From Octopus sinensis (taxonomy: Eukaryota), in contig NC_043004.1 in the NCBI RefSeq assembly GCF_006345805.1, positions 78,368,001 through 78,432,000 of the forward strand: a DNA stretch of 64,000 nt, read 5' to 3'. Shown one piece after another: positions 1-11,131 of this stretch. The translations under genes were made by a program, and so were the position numbers. Below the pieces are notes generated by a model. That model searched no databases. It was not told where the DNA came from and saw only the letters and a list, made by a program, of their open reading frames with translations. The stretch's first letter is position 1. Every line of letters starts with the position of its first letter.

Positions 1-234
1 TCAAATAGCTGGTAGTTCCAGGATGGAAATCTAAATTTACTTAGGGAGACGGCAACTGAGTATCGCCTGAGGAGATAAATATAGATCTTCTTATACAGGT
101 AAATCATTACATAATTTAATTTAAATTTAAATCCTGTATATACGAGGATCTGTATGCATCGGAATATTTGTAGCAATTAAAAAGCTGCCTAACCGTACTT
201 ACTCTTCCTTTTGACTCTTTTACTTTTTACTTTA

Positions 235-317
<83 letters not shown>

Positions 318-319
<2 letters not shown>

Positions 320-582
320 AGGTGCAATGGCCCAGTGGTTAGGGCAGTGGATTTGCAGTTGTAGGATCGCAGTTTCGATTCCCAGACTGGGCATTGTGAG
401 CGTTTGTTGAGCGAAAACACCTAAAGCTCCACAAGGCTCCACAAGGCTCCAGCAGGGTGTGGTGGCAGGGAACCCTGCTGTACTCTTTCACCACAACTTT
501 CTCTCACTCTTTCTTCCTGTTTCAGTTGTACTTGTATTTCAAAGGACCAGCCTTGTCACAATTGTTTCTGGAGATAAATTAG
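318..582 (+). mobile_element. tRNA-headed SINE (family D) after (AT)n(GT)n
   Basis: A-box-like TGGCCCAGTGG, B-box-like GTTTCGATTCC; homologous heads at 5692 (+) and about 48390 (-). Confidence 0.8.
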
Positions 583-624
583 CATTTTGTTGTTTTGGTG
601 GCATCACTGTAAAGAACCAACAAT

Positions 625-945
625 TAGAGGAGGAGACCCCCTTCGGTCATGACTGACCATGGGATAGCACCTAGAAAGTTACCCTCCAAGGCACAAGTCC
701 AGGCAAGGTTGTTTGTGGAAGGCCAGCAGTCATCTATGCATACCAGCTTCCCATCTCCACACCACTGATGTTATCCAAGGGAAAGGCAAAGGGGCCGATA
801 CAGCTTGGCACCAGTGATATTGCAACTCATTTCTACAGCTGAGTTAACTGGAGCAACATGAAATAAAATGTCTTGCTCAAGAACACAACACGCAGCCCGG
901 TCTGGGAATTGAACTCACAACCTCATGATCATAGCAATTCGAAGT
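625..945 (-). mobile_element. tRNA-headed SINE (family E)
   Basis: Reverse complement of the copy at about 24680-24965 (GTTCTTGAGCAAGACA..GTTGCTCCAGTT.ACTCAGCTGTAGAAATGAGTTGC). Confidence 0.75.
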
Positions 946-3430
946 TGTGCATTCTAGACTTTCATTTTGTAGTAATGAATCAACTGATGAGGAGCAATTC
1001 ATATCTCAGTTTGTATACTGTTATTATCAGAAGTGGTAAACTGTCAATAGCTTTGCCATGTTCTGTGTTTATAAGTGTAAAGCATTGTGCTGTTGAGAAC
1101 TTGGGTGGGGGTACAATTTGCAGGGCTTTGCATAAAAGTGCTTTCTGTTCTTAAGAAGGGTCATAACCTATGTATTGCTTCATAAAGTTTATTTTTTCTT
1201 AAAGAAACACTCAAACCCCTTCCCCCTTCCCCCCCACATCACCCACTCATCATCTACCTACTTTCAAGAAGCTAAAAGCTCTGAATGTTTCACTTTCGTA
1301 TGATTCTTCATGAATGTGTAGAATTCTACTGAAATAACAGACATAAAAAATATCAGACCACCACCAGAAAACCTGACATGCTAAAAACAACAGTTAAATG
1401 ACATTATTTGTAAAGAAACTTTCCTGCTCTCCAGAAAGCTAAAAGTGAAACATTGAGAGTTTGTAGCTTTTTGAAAGTGGGGAAGTGCTGGGTGGATGTT
1501 GGGGAAGGAAATTTTAGTCTTTTTTTTTAAGAGAAAAGAAATAAGAAAATTCTGTAAGATTCATACTCTCTGGGTTTTTTTTTATCTCTGTGGATTTGCC
1601 AGAAAGAAATTTTGAGAAAAGCAAGCTAAATATTTTGTACCTCAGTGTGAAATAATTTTTTTCCACAGGTTTTTTTTTTAGTGCATTCAATGTATCTGAC
1701 CTCCAAACCCCCCACAAGCCACTTATTTCTGAAAGAAAAAGGGGTGGAGTTGGATCTCTGAGTTTCCCGGGAAATTCGGAGATTCCCACCAGCACAGTTT
1801 TGTTTCATAAGATTTTTTTCTTTTCCAGGTTGTTTCACATGCATTCAACGAATGTGACTTTGAAATCATATATAATTGGCTCCTTTCCTCAGAAAAGGAA
1901 AGATTTGGCTGCTATTTCTAGCATGCTCTGCTACCACCTAACAGCTATTTCGCTAGCTCAGAAGCCAACCGTTTGCATATTTTTTCAAACAATCAAAGTT
2001 TCATTGATCTCCACTTCCACATGAAAACTGCCAATAGGTTGCTGCTGTGTGAATTACATGTTGGTCACTCAGCTAGAAAACAATCACCAGTACACGGTGC
2101 TCCCTATGGACATTTTCAGGCATTTTTTCACTGTTCTATGGTCTTATAAGTGACTCACAAAATGGTTTACAAAAGGCATAACTTTCCATGGAGCAAAGCC
2201 TCTTTTCTTTGATTTAGGAATGACATGATTTCTTGTACACTACCATAAATGTTTATCTTCCCTATAAATACATTTATTGTTACAATAGCTGTTACATCGT
2301 AGTAGAGTTTGGGAGAAATAGCAGTGAAATCTTTCCTTTTCTGGGGAAAGGAGCTGTGTACATGTGATTTTGATATCACATTTGTTGAAAGCATGGAAAA
2401 TAACCTGGAAAAGGAAAAAGAGATCCTGCGAAACAAAAATTCCATTGGTGGGAAACTCTGATTACTTCACCACCACCACCACCAATTCCCCCTTTATTTC
2501 CATAAAGAAGTGGCTTGCAACATGTTGAATGCACTCGAAAAAACCTGTGGAAACAAAATTATTTCACACTGCGGTATGAACGGGTCCTTCACAAAATATC
2601 TACTAACGATAATTTTAGTTCAAGTTGAGCTGTAATTTTGTACATGCACACAACAAGAAGTAACATAATTTGTACAGAAGTTTTACCTAGAGTGTGTGTG
2701 TGCGTGCATAAAAGCAAGTTATTTTAGAACTGGAAGCAGTCAAGAGTAGTGGGAAATGCAGTTTGCCAAATGAAGGGGAAACTTATTTAATTTTATTTAT
2801 CATCCAAAAATGGCATACCTTCACAGAAAACATACTTTAATTGGTAGTTGAAAGATTACTGAATTTTGTTGATACCTCATTTGTTAAAATTGGCATCTCA
2901 GTTTTTGAATCCATAAGGAACACCGCCACCCCCACAAAAAACAAAAACAAAAAACTCTTGTTTATATTATAAGATATCTAAGTGAATATTGGCTGCCCCT
3001 GTTTATGTTTAGACATGGGTTAGAGTTTTCAGCACAGACTGGTGGATTACATAAGTTTGTTAAGCTTAAATCTATATTTAACAATTGGCTGGATATTTAC
3101 TTTAGTGATAGAGTGGAGTATGGAGTTAATGATTTGTTGTGACATCTGTAGAGAGGTTACAGATCTGGGCTGTGGTTTGATTCGATCCACTGTTCTTTCT
3201 ACTTGATATATTAGAGTGTATCTATGCGATTGCGTGTACTCATATACGCCAATGGCCAGAAAAAGATACAGTTTACAGCACTGCTCCACATACAACACAC
3301 TTTTGAAAATCAAATGTGAAACCAGTTAAGTGTGCATCTGTGTGTTAAAATTTAAATAAACCTTCATACATTCTCTGTATTTTCAGCTTTTATAAAAATT
3401 TTATACAACTTATTGTTTGGATTAGCAACG

Positions 3431-3469
<39 letters not shown>

Positions 3470-3550
3470 TAGCAATAATAAATCTCTGAACAAGATGTAA
3501 ACAGTAGCAGCACGTGGCTGACCATAAAGGGATGATGCTACTGTGGTTTA

Positions 3551-3794
3551 GCTACTCGCTAAGGCGGTGAACTGGCAGAAACGTTAGCATGCCGGTCAAA
3601 ATGCGTAGCCGTATTTCGTCTGCCATTACGTTCTGAGTTCAACTTCTGCTGAGGTCAACTTTGCCTTTCATCCTTTCGGGGATCAATAAATTAAGTACCA
3701 GTTATGCACTGGGGTTGATGTAATCGACTTAATCCGTTGGTCTGTCCTTGTTTGTCCCCTTTGTGTGTAGCCCCTTGTGGGTAGTAAAGAAATA
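3551..3794 (+). mobile_element. Full-length tRNA-derived SINE (family A) with 14-bp TSD
   Basis: TSD GCTACTGTGGTTTA at 3537-3550 and 3795-3808; body GAACTGGCAGAAACGTTAGC..TTCTGAGTTCAA..GCCTTTCATCCTTTCGGGG..AATTAAGTACCAG. The central part resembles the Meta-SINE domain as I recall it. Confidence 0.85.
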
Positions 3795-3914
3795 GCTACT
3801 GTGGTTTATAGCTCCAAGAAGACATCTCTTCCAGCTGCCTATTGACCCACTGTCTGTGCCCTATCAGTATTTGCAAAGGGAAATCACTGTTCCCATCTCC
3901 AGCCTGACATGATA

Positions 3915-3959
3915 TACACGGACCCGAGTTTCTAGGTATTGACCCATCATCAGTGTATG
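3915..3959 (-). ncRNA. Minimal type I hammerhead ribozyme motif (family H1, left copy)
   Basis: Minus strand reads CATACA-CTGATGA-TGGGT-caat-ACCTA-GAAAC-TCGG-GTC-CGTGTA: intact core, 5-bp stem II, GUC triplet, self-complementary stem III (ACUCGGGU); stem I has two mismatches. Confidence 0.7.
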
Positions 3960-4188
3960 ACAACCACCGGCTGGTGATGGGAGATGATTTCTCAATGCAA
4001 ATATATATTTTTTTTTCAGTGATGAAAAGTCACTGATCTTGAAAAAGGAGAAACAAGCAATAATAAATCTTTGAGCGAGATGTAAACAGTAGCAGCACGA
4101 CATCATGAGGTATATTTTCCACCTAAATGTGGAAAAAGTAAATATATTTGCATTAAGAAATCATCTCCCATCACCAGCCAGTGGTTGT

Positions 4189-4233
4189 CACGCGCTGATG
4201 ACGGGTCAATATCCAGAAACTCAGGTCTGTGTG
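4189..4233 (+). ncRNA. Minimal type I hammerhead ribozyme motif (family H1, right copy; sense to SARA pre-mRNA)
   Basis: CACGCG-CTGATGA-CGGGT-caat-ATCCA-GAAAC-TCAG-GTC-TGTGTG: intact core, 6-bp stem I with two G-U pairs, GUC triplet; C-A mismatch at the base of stem II. Confidence 0.7.
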
Positions 4234-4535
4234 TATCACGTCAGGCTGTAGATGGGAACGATGACTTCCCTTTGCAAATACTGATAGGGCACAGACAGTG
4301 TGTCAATAGCCAGCTGGAGGAGATGTCTTCCTGGGGCTATAAACCATAGTAGCATTTTCCCTTTTATGGTCAGCCACATTTAGGTGGCAAATATACTTCA
4401 CGATATATATATGTGTGTGTATATATATATATATATATGTATATGAATTGTTACTAATCTAAACAAGTGTGTATATATCATCATCATTTAAAGTATGCTT
4501 TCCATGTGTATATATACACACACAGGTGTATACAA

Positions 4536-4589
<54 letters not shown>

Positions 4590-4905
4590 GTATGGTCTAT
4601 AAAAACTGACCAAGGACTAAGTTTCAAACAGCTGCAGTGGAGTTGTGTTAGTGACCAGGTACAATAAAAATACTGACTGCTCACAAAATAAATGAAAACT
4701 GACAATAACAGTTTTGTGTGTCTTCTAAATGGCTAAAATGCCTCTTCCAGACTGTAATATGTATGCATCTTGTATATTAATTACACTTGCACACATGCAC
4801 CTCTTCCGTGTGTGTGTGTGTCCACATAAAAGTTGTACACTTTCAAATGATCAATTTTATTGTAATTATCTTATTGTTTATTTTGAATTTGTTTTCTAAT
4901 TTTAG

Positions 4906-5261
4906 GGGTCGAGAATGCTTCACAAGAATTGACGTCTTCACCCACCACCTCACAGTCAAGTCTTAGCGGTGATGGCGGAGTAGAAAATAGCGAGGAAGGA
5001 GAGTATGACCATTCCGAGCAGAGTCAGTCACAACAGTCAGAACCCAAACCACAGCAACAACAACAACAACAGCTGCAACAGCAGCAGCAGCAGCAGCAAC
5101 AACAAGACCAGGAAGTATCAGAGGGTGATAGGACGTCCCATTCTCAGATTGGTGCTGTTGCTCCTGTGTGGGTTCCAGATGCAGATGCCCCCAATTGCAT
5201 GCAATGTGAAGCCAAATTTAGATTCACAAAGCGCAGGCATCATTGCAGGGCTTGTGGCAAA
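4906..5261 (+). CDS. ZFYVE9: Exon a: Ser/Gln-rich linker, polyQ and N-half of FYVE domain
   Basis: Acceptor ttttag|GG, donor AAA|gttagt; encodes VENASQE...[39 protein letters not shown]. Confidence 0.93.
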
Positions 5262-5638
5262 GTTAGTAGATGTTCCACTACCTCATTAGCTTTTTTTCTT
5301 TTTTATTATACCCCCAGCAGGGTCTTTACCATTGTCTTTGTCGTTATGTGTATTTGTTGGGTTACAGGAAGTGATGGTGTGCATGATTCAGAAAACGATT
5401 ATAATAATATTTTTTATTATAAATGATCTTGACAATCTTTTTACTTTACATAAAATATTCTTTACATTTATTGCCATTCATTTACGAGTATTATAAATTT
5501 TATAGGTGAAATATATTTCTGGAAACGAATTACGATTTACAATGTTGCTACTATGGGAAGTTATTGCTCTGCTTTACAAGTTTTCACTTTACGAGCATTC
5601 TCTGGGTACAAATTATCTTCTATATCAAGGCATTACTG

Positions 5639-5684
<46 letters not shown>

Positions 5685-8596
5685 TGTGTGTGGAGCGCAA
5701 TGGCCCAGTGGTTAGGGCAGTGGGCTCATGGTTGTTGGATCGTGGTTTCGATTCCCAGACCGGGTGTTGTGAGTGTTTATTGAGCGAAAACACCTAAAGC
5801 TTCACGAGGCTCCGGCAGGGGGTGGTGGCTATCCCTGCTGTACTCTTTCGCCACAACTTTCTCTCACTCTTTCTTCTGTTGGTCTGCTCGCTTAGCCAGC
5901 GGGGTGGCATCACTTGAAGGCTAAAACAATGCAAAGTGCATTGTGACCAGCGATGTGTAGCAACATCTGATAGCCTGGTCGGTCACGGTGATCACAGTGA
6001 TATATATATATATATTCTCGTTCACATAGCATCTATATATATGTTATGTGAGTGATAGTATTTTTTGGAATCAAGTGTTTAGCATTTAAATTCTTATATT
6101 TGTGTTTGTGTAACTGATAAACTAAATACAATTTATGATAAAAATTTGCAGTTTTATTTTGACTGAAATACCTGTGTCTTCAGAGCAAAAAGTTGTTCAC
6201 CTACTTTACCACCTCTGACAGTCACTCACTCCCACTTCATTTGTTGTTTTACTCTTCTTTCCCTAGTGTAACTGATGAGACATATATTACATTTTATTAT
6301 TTGTAAGATATATGTGTGTATATTGACTGACTGGTCTCTGTTTGAGCTAACCTCAGCAAACACAGATTTTGGCAGATTATTAGCTGTGAAGTCATTTCTA
6401 TATGCAAAGGCATCCTCCTCAAACCGATTCTTTTATATTCAGTATATTGAAGTATATTTAACCCTATATTGTCTTGTGAAACTTAAGGGATATAACCCTT
6501 GTTTTCTGCAGTACAGAGAGTGCTTACCACTGTTGCCAGTGCTCACTGAATTGAACAGTTATCTAAGCCTCACAGTGATCGAGTTAAGAGCTGAGACTGT
6601 TCAGTTTTATACTGCCAATCAATAACAAGGTGTAAATTGGCCAGTTCCACTCCACAGCAAGATTATGCATTAATAATAAAAATATACTTCGCTGTGTGTT
6701 TACACTGTCACGCATCTTCAAATTAGCTACATACACCATGTTTTGCTAATGTCCTTAATATAATATTATTATATGAGTAAGGTATATCTAATAGCATCCT
6801 GTTTCGCTTGTAATTGTGTATATTCTATGGTTTAGATATTTATAAGTAGCTTTAGTAATTTCAAAATTCAAACAAAAGATTCGATGTAATTGTAATTATT
6901 CTCGGATAATTGCTAATTATTTCTCAACTATAACCTCAAACATTTTTCCCCACTTTGTAACTTTAAAACTATTTCACTCTTACACCTCTCTCTCTCTCTC
7001 TAACCTCATACTGCAGATATTCTTTCACTTCTAATCATTTTAATCAGCATTTTGCCTGCAGACTTCCTTGATGCATATCTCATATCCTCTTTCTTTTTTT
7101 AATATCCCTGCTCTGAACACTGACTCGAGTTTCTGAGAAACTGACAACAATGGCTCATGGAAACACTCAACAATCGTTACTCTTCTCTTCAGGTATTCTG
7201 CTCAGCCTGTTGCAGCATGAAAACAAAGTTACAGTACATGGAGAATAAAGAAGCACGCGTCTGTTTAGCCTGCCACCAACTTATCAATATCAGTGAGTAC
7301 TCCTTCCCTCCCTTCTCCCCATCCACCCCCCACCTCAATTCCTCTTTTATGCGATTCCTTTTTCGATGTCACCTCGTTTTTTTTTGTGTGTGTTTTACTT
7401 TTCTGTTGTTTGTTAAGACTTAAATTTTAACATGTTTAATTGTAAATTTATTTTTGGGAAAACAGTATCATTGGACTAAACAGTGAAATAATATTTATAT
7501 GGAACTCTTTTGATATATATGTATATATATGTGTACATATATATATTTGTATATATATATATATATATATATAACATAAAATGTGTGTATATATATGTGT
7601 GTACATATATGTATATAAATATATATGTATATGTGTGTCTATATATATATAAATATGTATATAAATGTTTATGTGTATGTATATATATATAAATATATAT
7701 GTATATAATATATATGTATGTGTGTGTATATATAAATATGTATGTATATAAATATATATGTATGTGTGTGTATATACATATATAAATATGTATGTATATA
7801 TATATAAATATGTATGTATATATATATATATATATATGCCAGCCTCGGCTGGCCCCCGTGCCGGTGACACGTAAAAGCACCATCCGTTCGTGGCCGTTTG
7901 CCAGCTCTGTCTGGCCCCGTGTCGGTGGCACGTAAAAGCACCATCCGTCCGTGTCCGTTGCCAGCCTCGGCTGGCCCCCATGCCGGTGACACGTAAAAGC
8001 ACCGTCCGCTCGTGGCCGTTTGCCAGCTCTATCTGGCAACCGTGTCGGTGGCACGTAAAAGCACCATCCGTTTGCGTCCATTTGCCAGCTCTGTCTGGCC
8101 CCGTGTTGGTGGCACGTAAAAGCACCATCCGTTCGTGTCCGTTGCCAGCATCGCCTGGCCCCGTGCCGGTGACACGTAAAAGCACCATCTGTTCGTGGCC
8201 GTTCGCCAGCTCTGTCTGGCACCTGTGCAGGTGGCACGTAAAAAACACCCACTACACTCGCGGAGTGGTTGGCGTTAGGAAGGGCATCCAGCCGTAGAAA
8301 CACTGCCAGATCTGACTGGGCCTGACGAAGCCTTCCAGCTTCACAGACCCCAGTTGACCCGTCCAACCCATGCTAGCATGGAAAACGGACGCTAAACGAT
8401 GATGATGATGATGCATGTATATAAAATATATATATGTATGTATATAAAATATATATATGTATGTATATAATATATATATATGTATGTATATAATATATAT
8501 ATGTATATAATATATATGTATGTATATAATATATATATATATATGTATGTATATAATATATATATACACATGTATGTATATAATATATATATACAC

Positions 8597-8659
<63 letters not shown>

Positions 8660-8704
8660 CATATATATGTATATATATACATACATACATACATATGTAC
8701 ATAT

Positions 8705-8754
<50 letters not shown>

Positions 8755-9041
8755 CACATACAGGCTTTTCTTTTTCTAATGGATTAATATTTATTTAACA
8801 CTAATTATAAATCATGTTGGTAATGACTTTGTATATTTGTGAAGTTGACAGTAGAACTGCTAGATTTTTGTTTGTCGAAATTTTATGTTGGTTTACTTCC
8901 GTTATGACATTTGGTCTTACATACATAGACTGATATTTATAAATTGCATGTACATATCTCTGTTGTGTTGTATGTAACTTCGGGGTCAGATTTATTTAAC
9001 TCTTGTATATTTTGTAACATCTAAACTTAAGCATTTTGCAA

Positions 9042-9096
<55 letters not shown>

Positions 9097-11097
9097 GCGA
9101 GCTGGCAGAATCATTAGCATGCCGGGTAAAATGCTTAGTGGTATTTCGTCTACTGCTACATTCTGAGTTCAAATTTCGTTGGGGTTGACTTTGCCTTTCA
9201 TCCTTTCGGGGTTGATAAATTAAATACCACTGAAATGCTGGGGGTTGATGTAACTGACTAGTCCCCTCCTGTCAAATTTCTGACCTTGTGTCTTTAGCAG
9301 AAAGAATTATTATTATTATTATGGTGGTGAGCTGGCAGAATCGTTAGCACACTGGGCAAAATACTTAGCAGCATTTTGTCTGCTGCTATTTCCTGAGTTC
9401 AAATTCTGCTGAGGTCGATGTTGCCTTTCATCCTTTTTGGGTCAGTAAATTAAGTACCAGTAAAACACTGGGGTCAATGTAATTGACTATCTCCCTCCTC
9501 TCAAATTTCAGGCCTTGTGCCTTTAATAGAAAGGGTTATTACTATTATTATTGAAGGTGGTGAGCTGACAGAATTGTTACCATGTTGGACAAAATGCTTG
9601 GCAGCATTTTGTCCATCTTTACGTTCTGGTTCAAATGCAGCAAAGGTGGATTTTGCCTTTCATCCTTTTAGGGTCGATAAAATAAGTACCAATTGAATAC
9701 TGGAGTAGATGTTATCCCCTAAAATTGCTGGCTGTGTGCCAAAATTTGAAACTAATATTGTTGTTGCTGTTGTTTGGATGGTTTGTCTTGAGGGCTGGTA
9801 AGCCAGGAGGCTGCACCAGGTTCCAATCTGATCTGGCAATGTTTCTACAGCTGGGTGACCTTCCCAGCGCCAACCACTCCAAGAGTGTAGTGGATGCTTT
9901 TTACATGCCACTGGCACCGGAACCGGTCAGGCGGTACAGGCGTTGGCCACGTTCGGATGGTGCTTTTTATGTGCCAACAGCTCAGGAGCCAGTTGGGGTA
10001 GGGTAGCTGGCATCAACCACATTTGGATGGTGCTTTTTACGTGTCACTGGCATGGGGAGCCAGTCAGGTGACTCTGATGGTTTAAGTTGGCTTCAGCTTC
10101 AAGAATAAATAATTCTTTCTTTTATTCTTTTCAGTCATTTGACTGTGTCCATGCAGGAGCACCGCCTTTAGTCGAGCAAATCGACCCCAGGACTTATTTT
10201 TTGTAAGCCTAGTACTTATTCTATCAGTTTCTTTTGCTGAACCGCTAAGTTACAAGGACCTAAACACACCAGCATTGGTTGTCAAGCGATGTTGGACACA
10301 CACACATATTTTATACGATGGGCTTCTTTCAGTTTCCGTTTACCAAATCCAGTCACAAGGCTTTGGTTAGCCTGAGGCTATAGTAGAAGACACTTGCCCA
10401 AGGTGGCACACAGTGGGACTGAACCCGGAACTGTGTGGTTGGTAAGTAAGCTACTTACCACACAGCTACTCCTGCCATGAATAGAAAGAATCTCAGAAAT
10501 ATTTCTACATTTATTTAATGGAGTATTTTATTCAGTTTATTATTTTCTAAATGAAAGATTTTATAAAATTGCACATTTGCAGAGTCCTATGAATTCCTCT
10601 TCGGGAGAGAGAAAGACCCCTTTAGTTTTGAATTTAATTCTCTCAAAGAAATTTATGATCCCTTGACATCAACAACTTTGAAATGTTTCCAATGTTTTCT
10701 TTTTACTAAACCAATGCACAGATGTGGTTGTCGTTGTTGTTGTCGTTGTTATTGTTGTTAAGAATCCAGGTTGCACAATGTTTTTCTAGGCTGAACTAAT
10801 GACGCTTCTCTCATTTTTCTCTGACCTCACAAAAAGAGAAAAATTAATTCTGTGTGTCTTTGCTAATTCTCTTCTTCTTTTGTTCTTTCACTTGTTTCAA
10901 TGATTTGACTGTGGCCATGCTGGGGCACTGCCTTGAAGAATTTTAGTTGAACGAATTGACCCCCAGCGCTTATTTTTTTTGTTTTTTAAAGCTGGGTACT
11001 TATTCTGTTGGACTTCTTTGCCAAACTGCTCAGTTATGTGGACATAAATACACCAACACCAATTGTCAAGTGGTGGTGGTCATGGGGACAAACAGAT

Positions 11098-11131
<34 letters not shown>

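Larger units (their letters stand above)
3471..4403. mobile_element. (AT)n-flanked hammerhead-bearing non-coding retroelement (Penelope-like/retrozyme-like), partial tandem plus inversion
   Basis: ~240-bp inverted arms (3514-4012 minus an inserted SINE vs 4134-4377), 44-bp direct repeat (3471-3514, 4056-4099), (AT)n on both flanks. Confidence 0.65.

Noticed and set aside
45-104. Strong donor CAG|GTAAAT at 98/99 as the upstream SARA coding exon
   Set aside because: All three frames contain stops shortly upstream of the donor; could only be non-coding.
318-400. tRNA gene calls at SINE heads (also 5692, 11855, 24680)
   Set aside because: A/B boxes are present but no complete cloverleaf, and each continues into a repeated SINE body.
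984-1013. Hammerhead-like CTGATGA-G-GAG...CTC
   Set aside because: No GAAA after stem II and no stems I or III; at best a remnant.
7838-8245. CRISPR-like periodicity
   Set aside because: Units are similar along their whole length with no unique spacers, there are no cas genes, and the context is eukaryotic.
7448-8366. Long minus-strand ORFs (266 and 296 aa) in the ORF track
   Set aside because: They are translations of the 61-bp tandem array and (AT)n tract; periodic, low-complexity, no domain.
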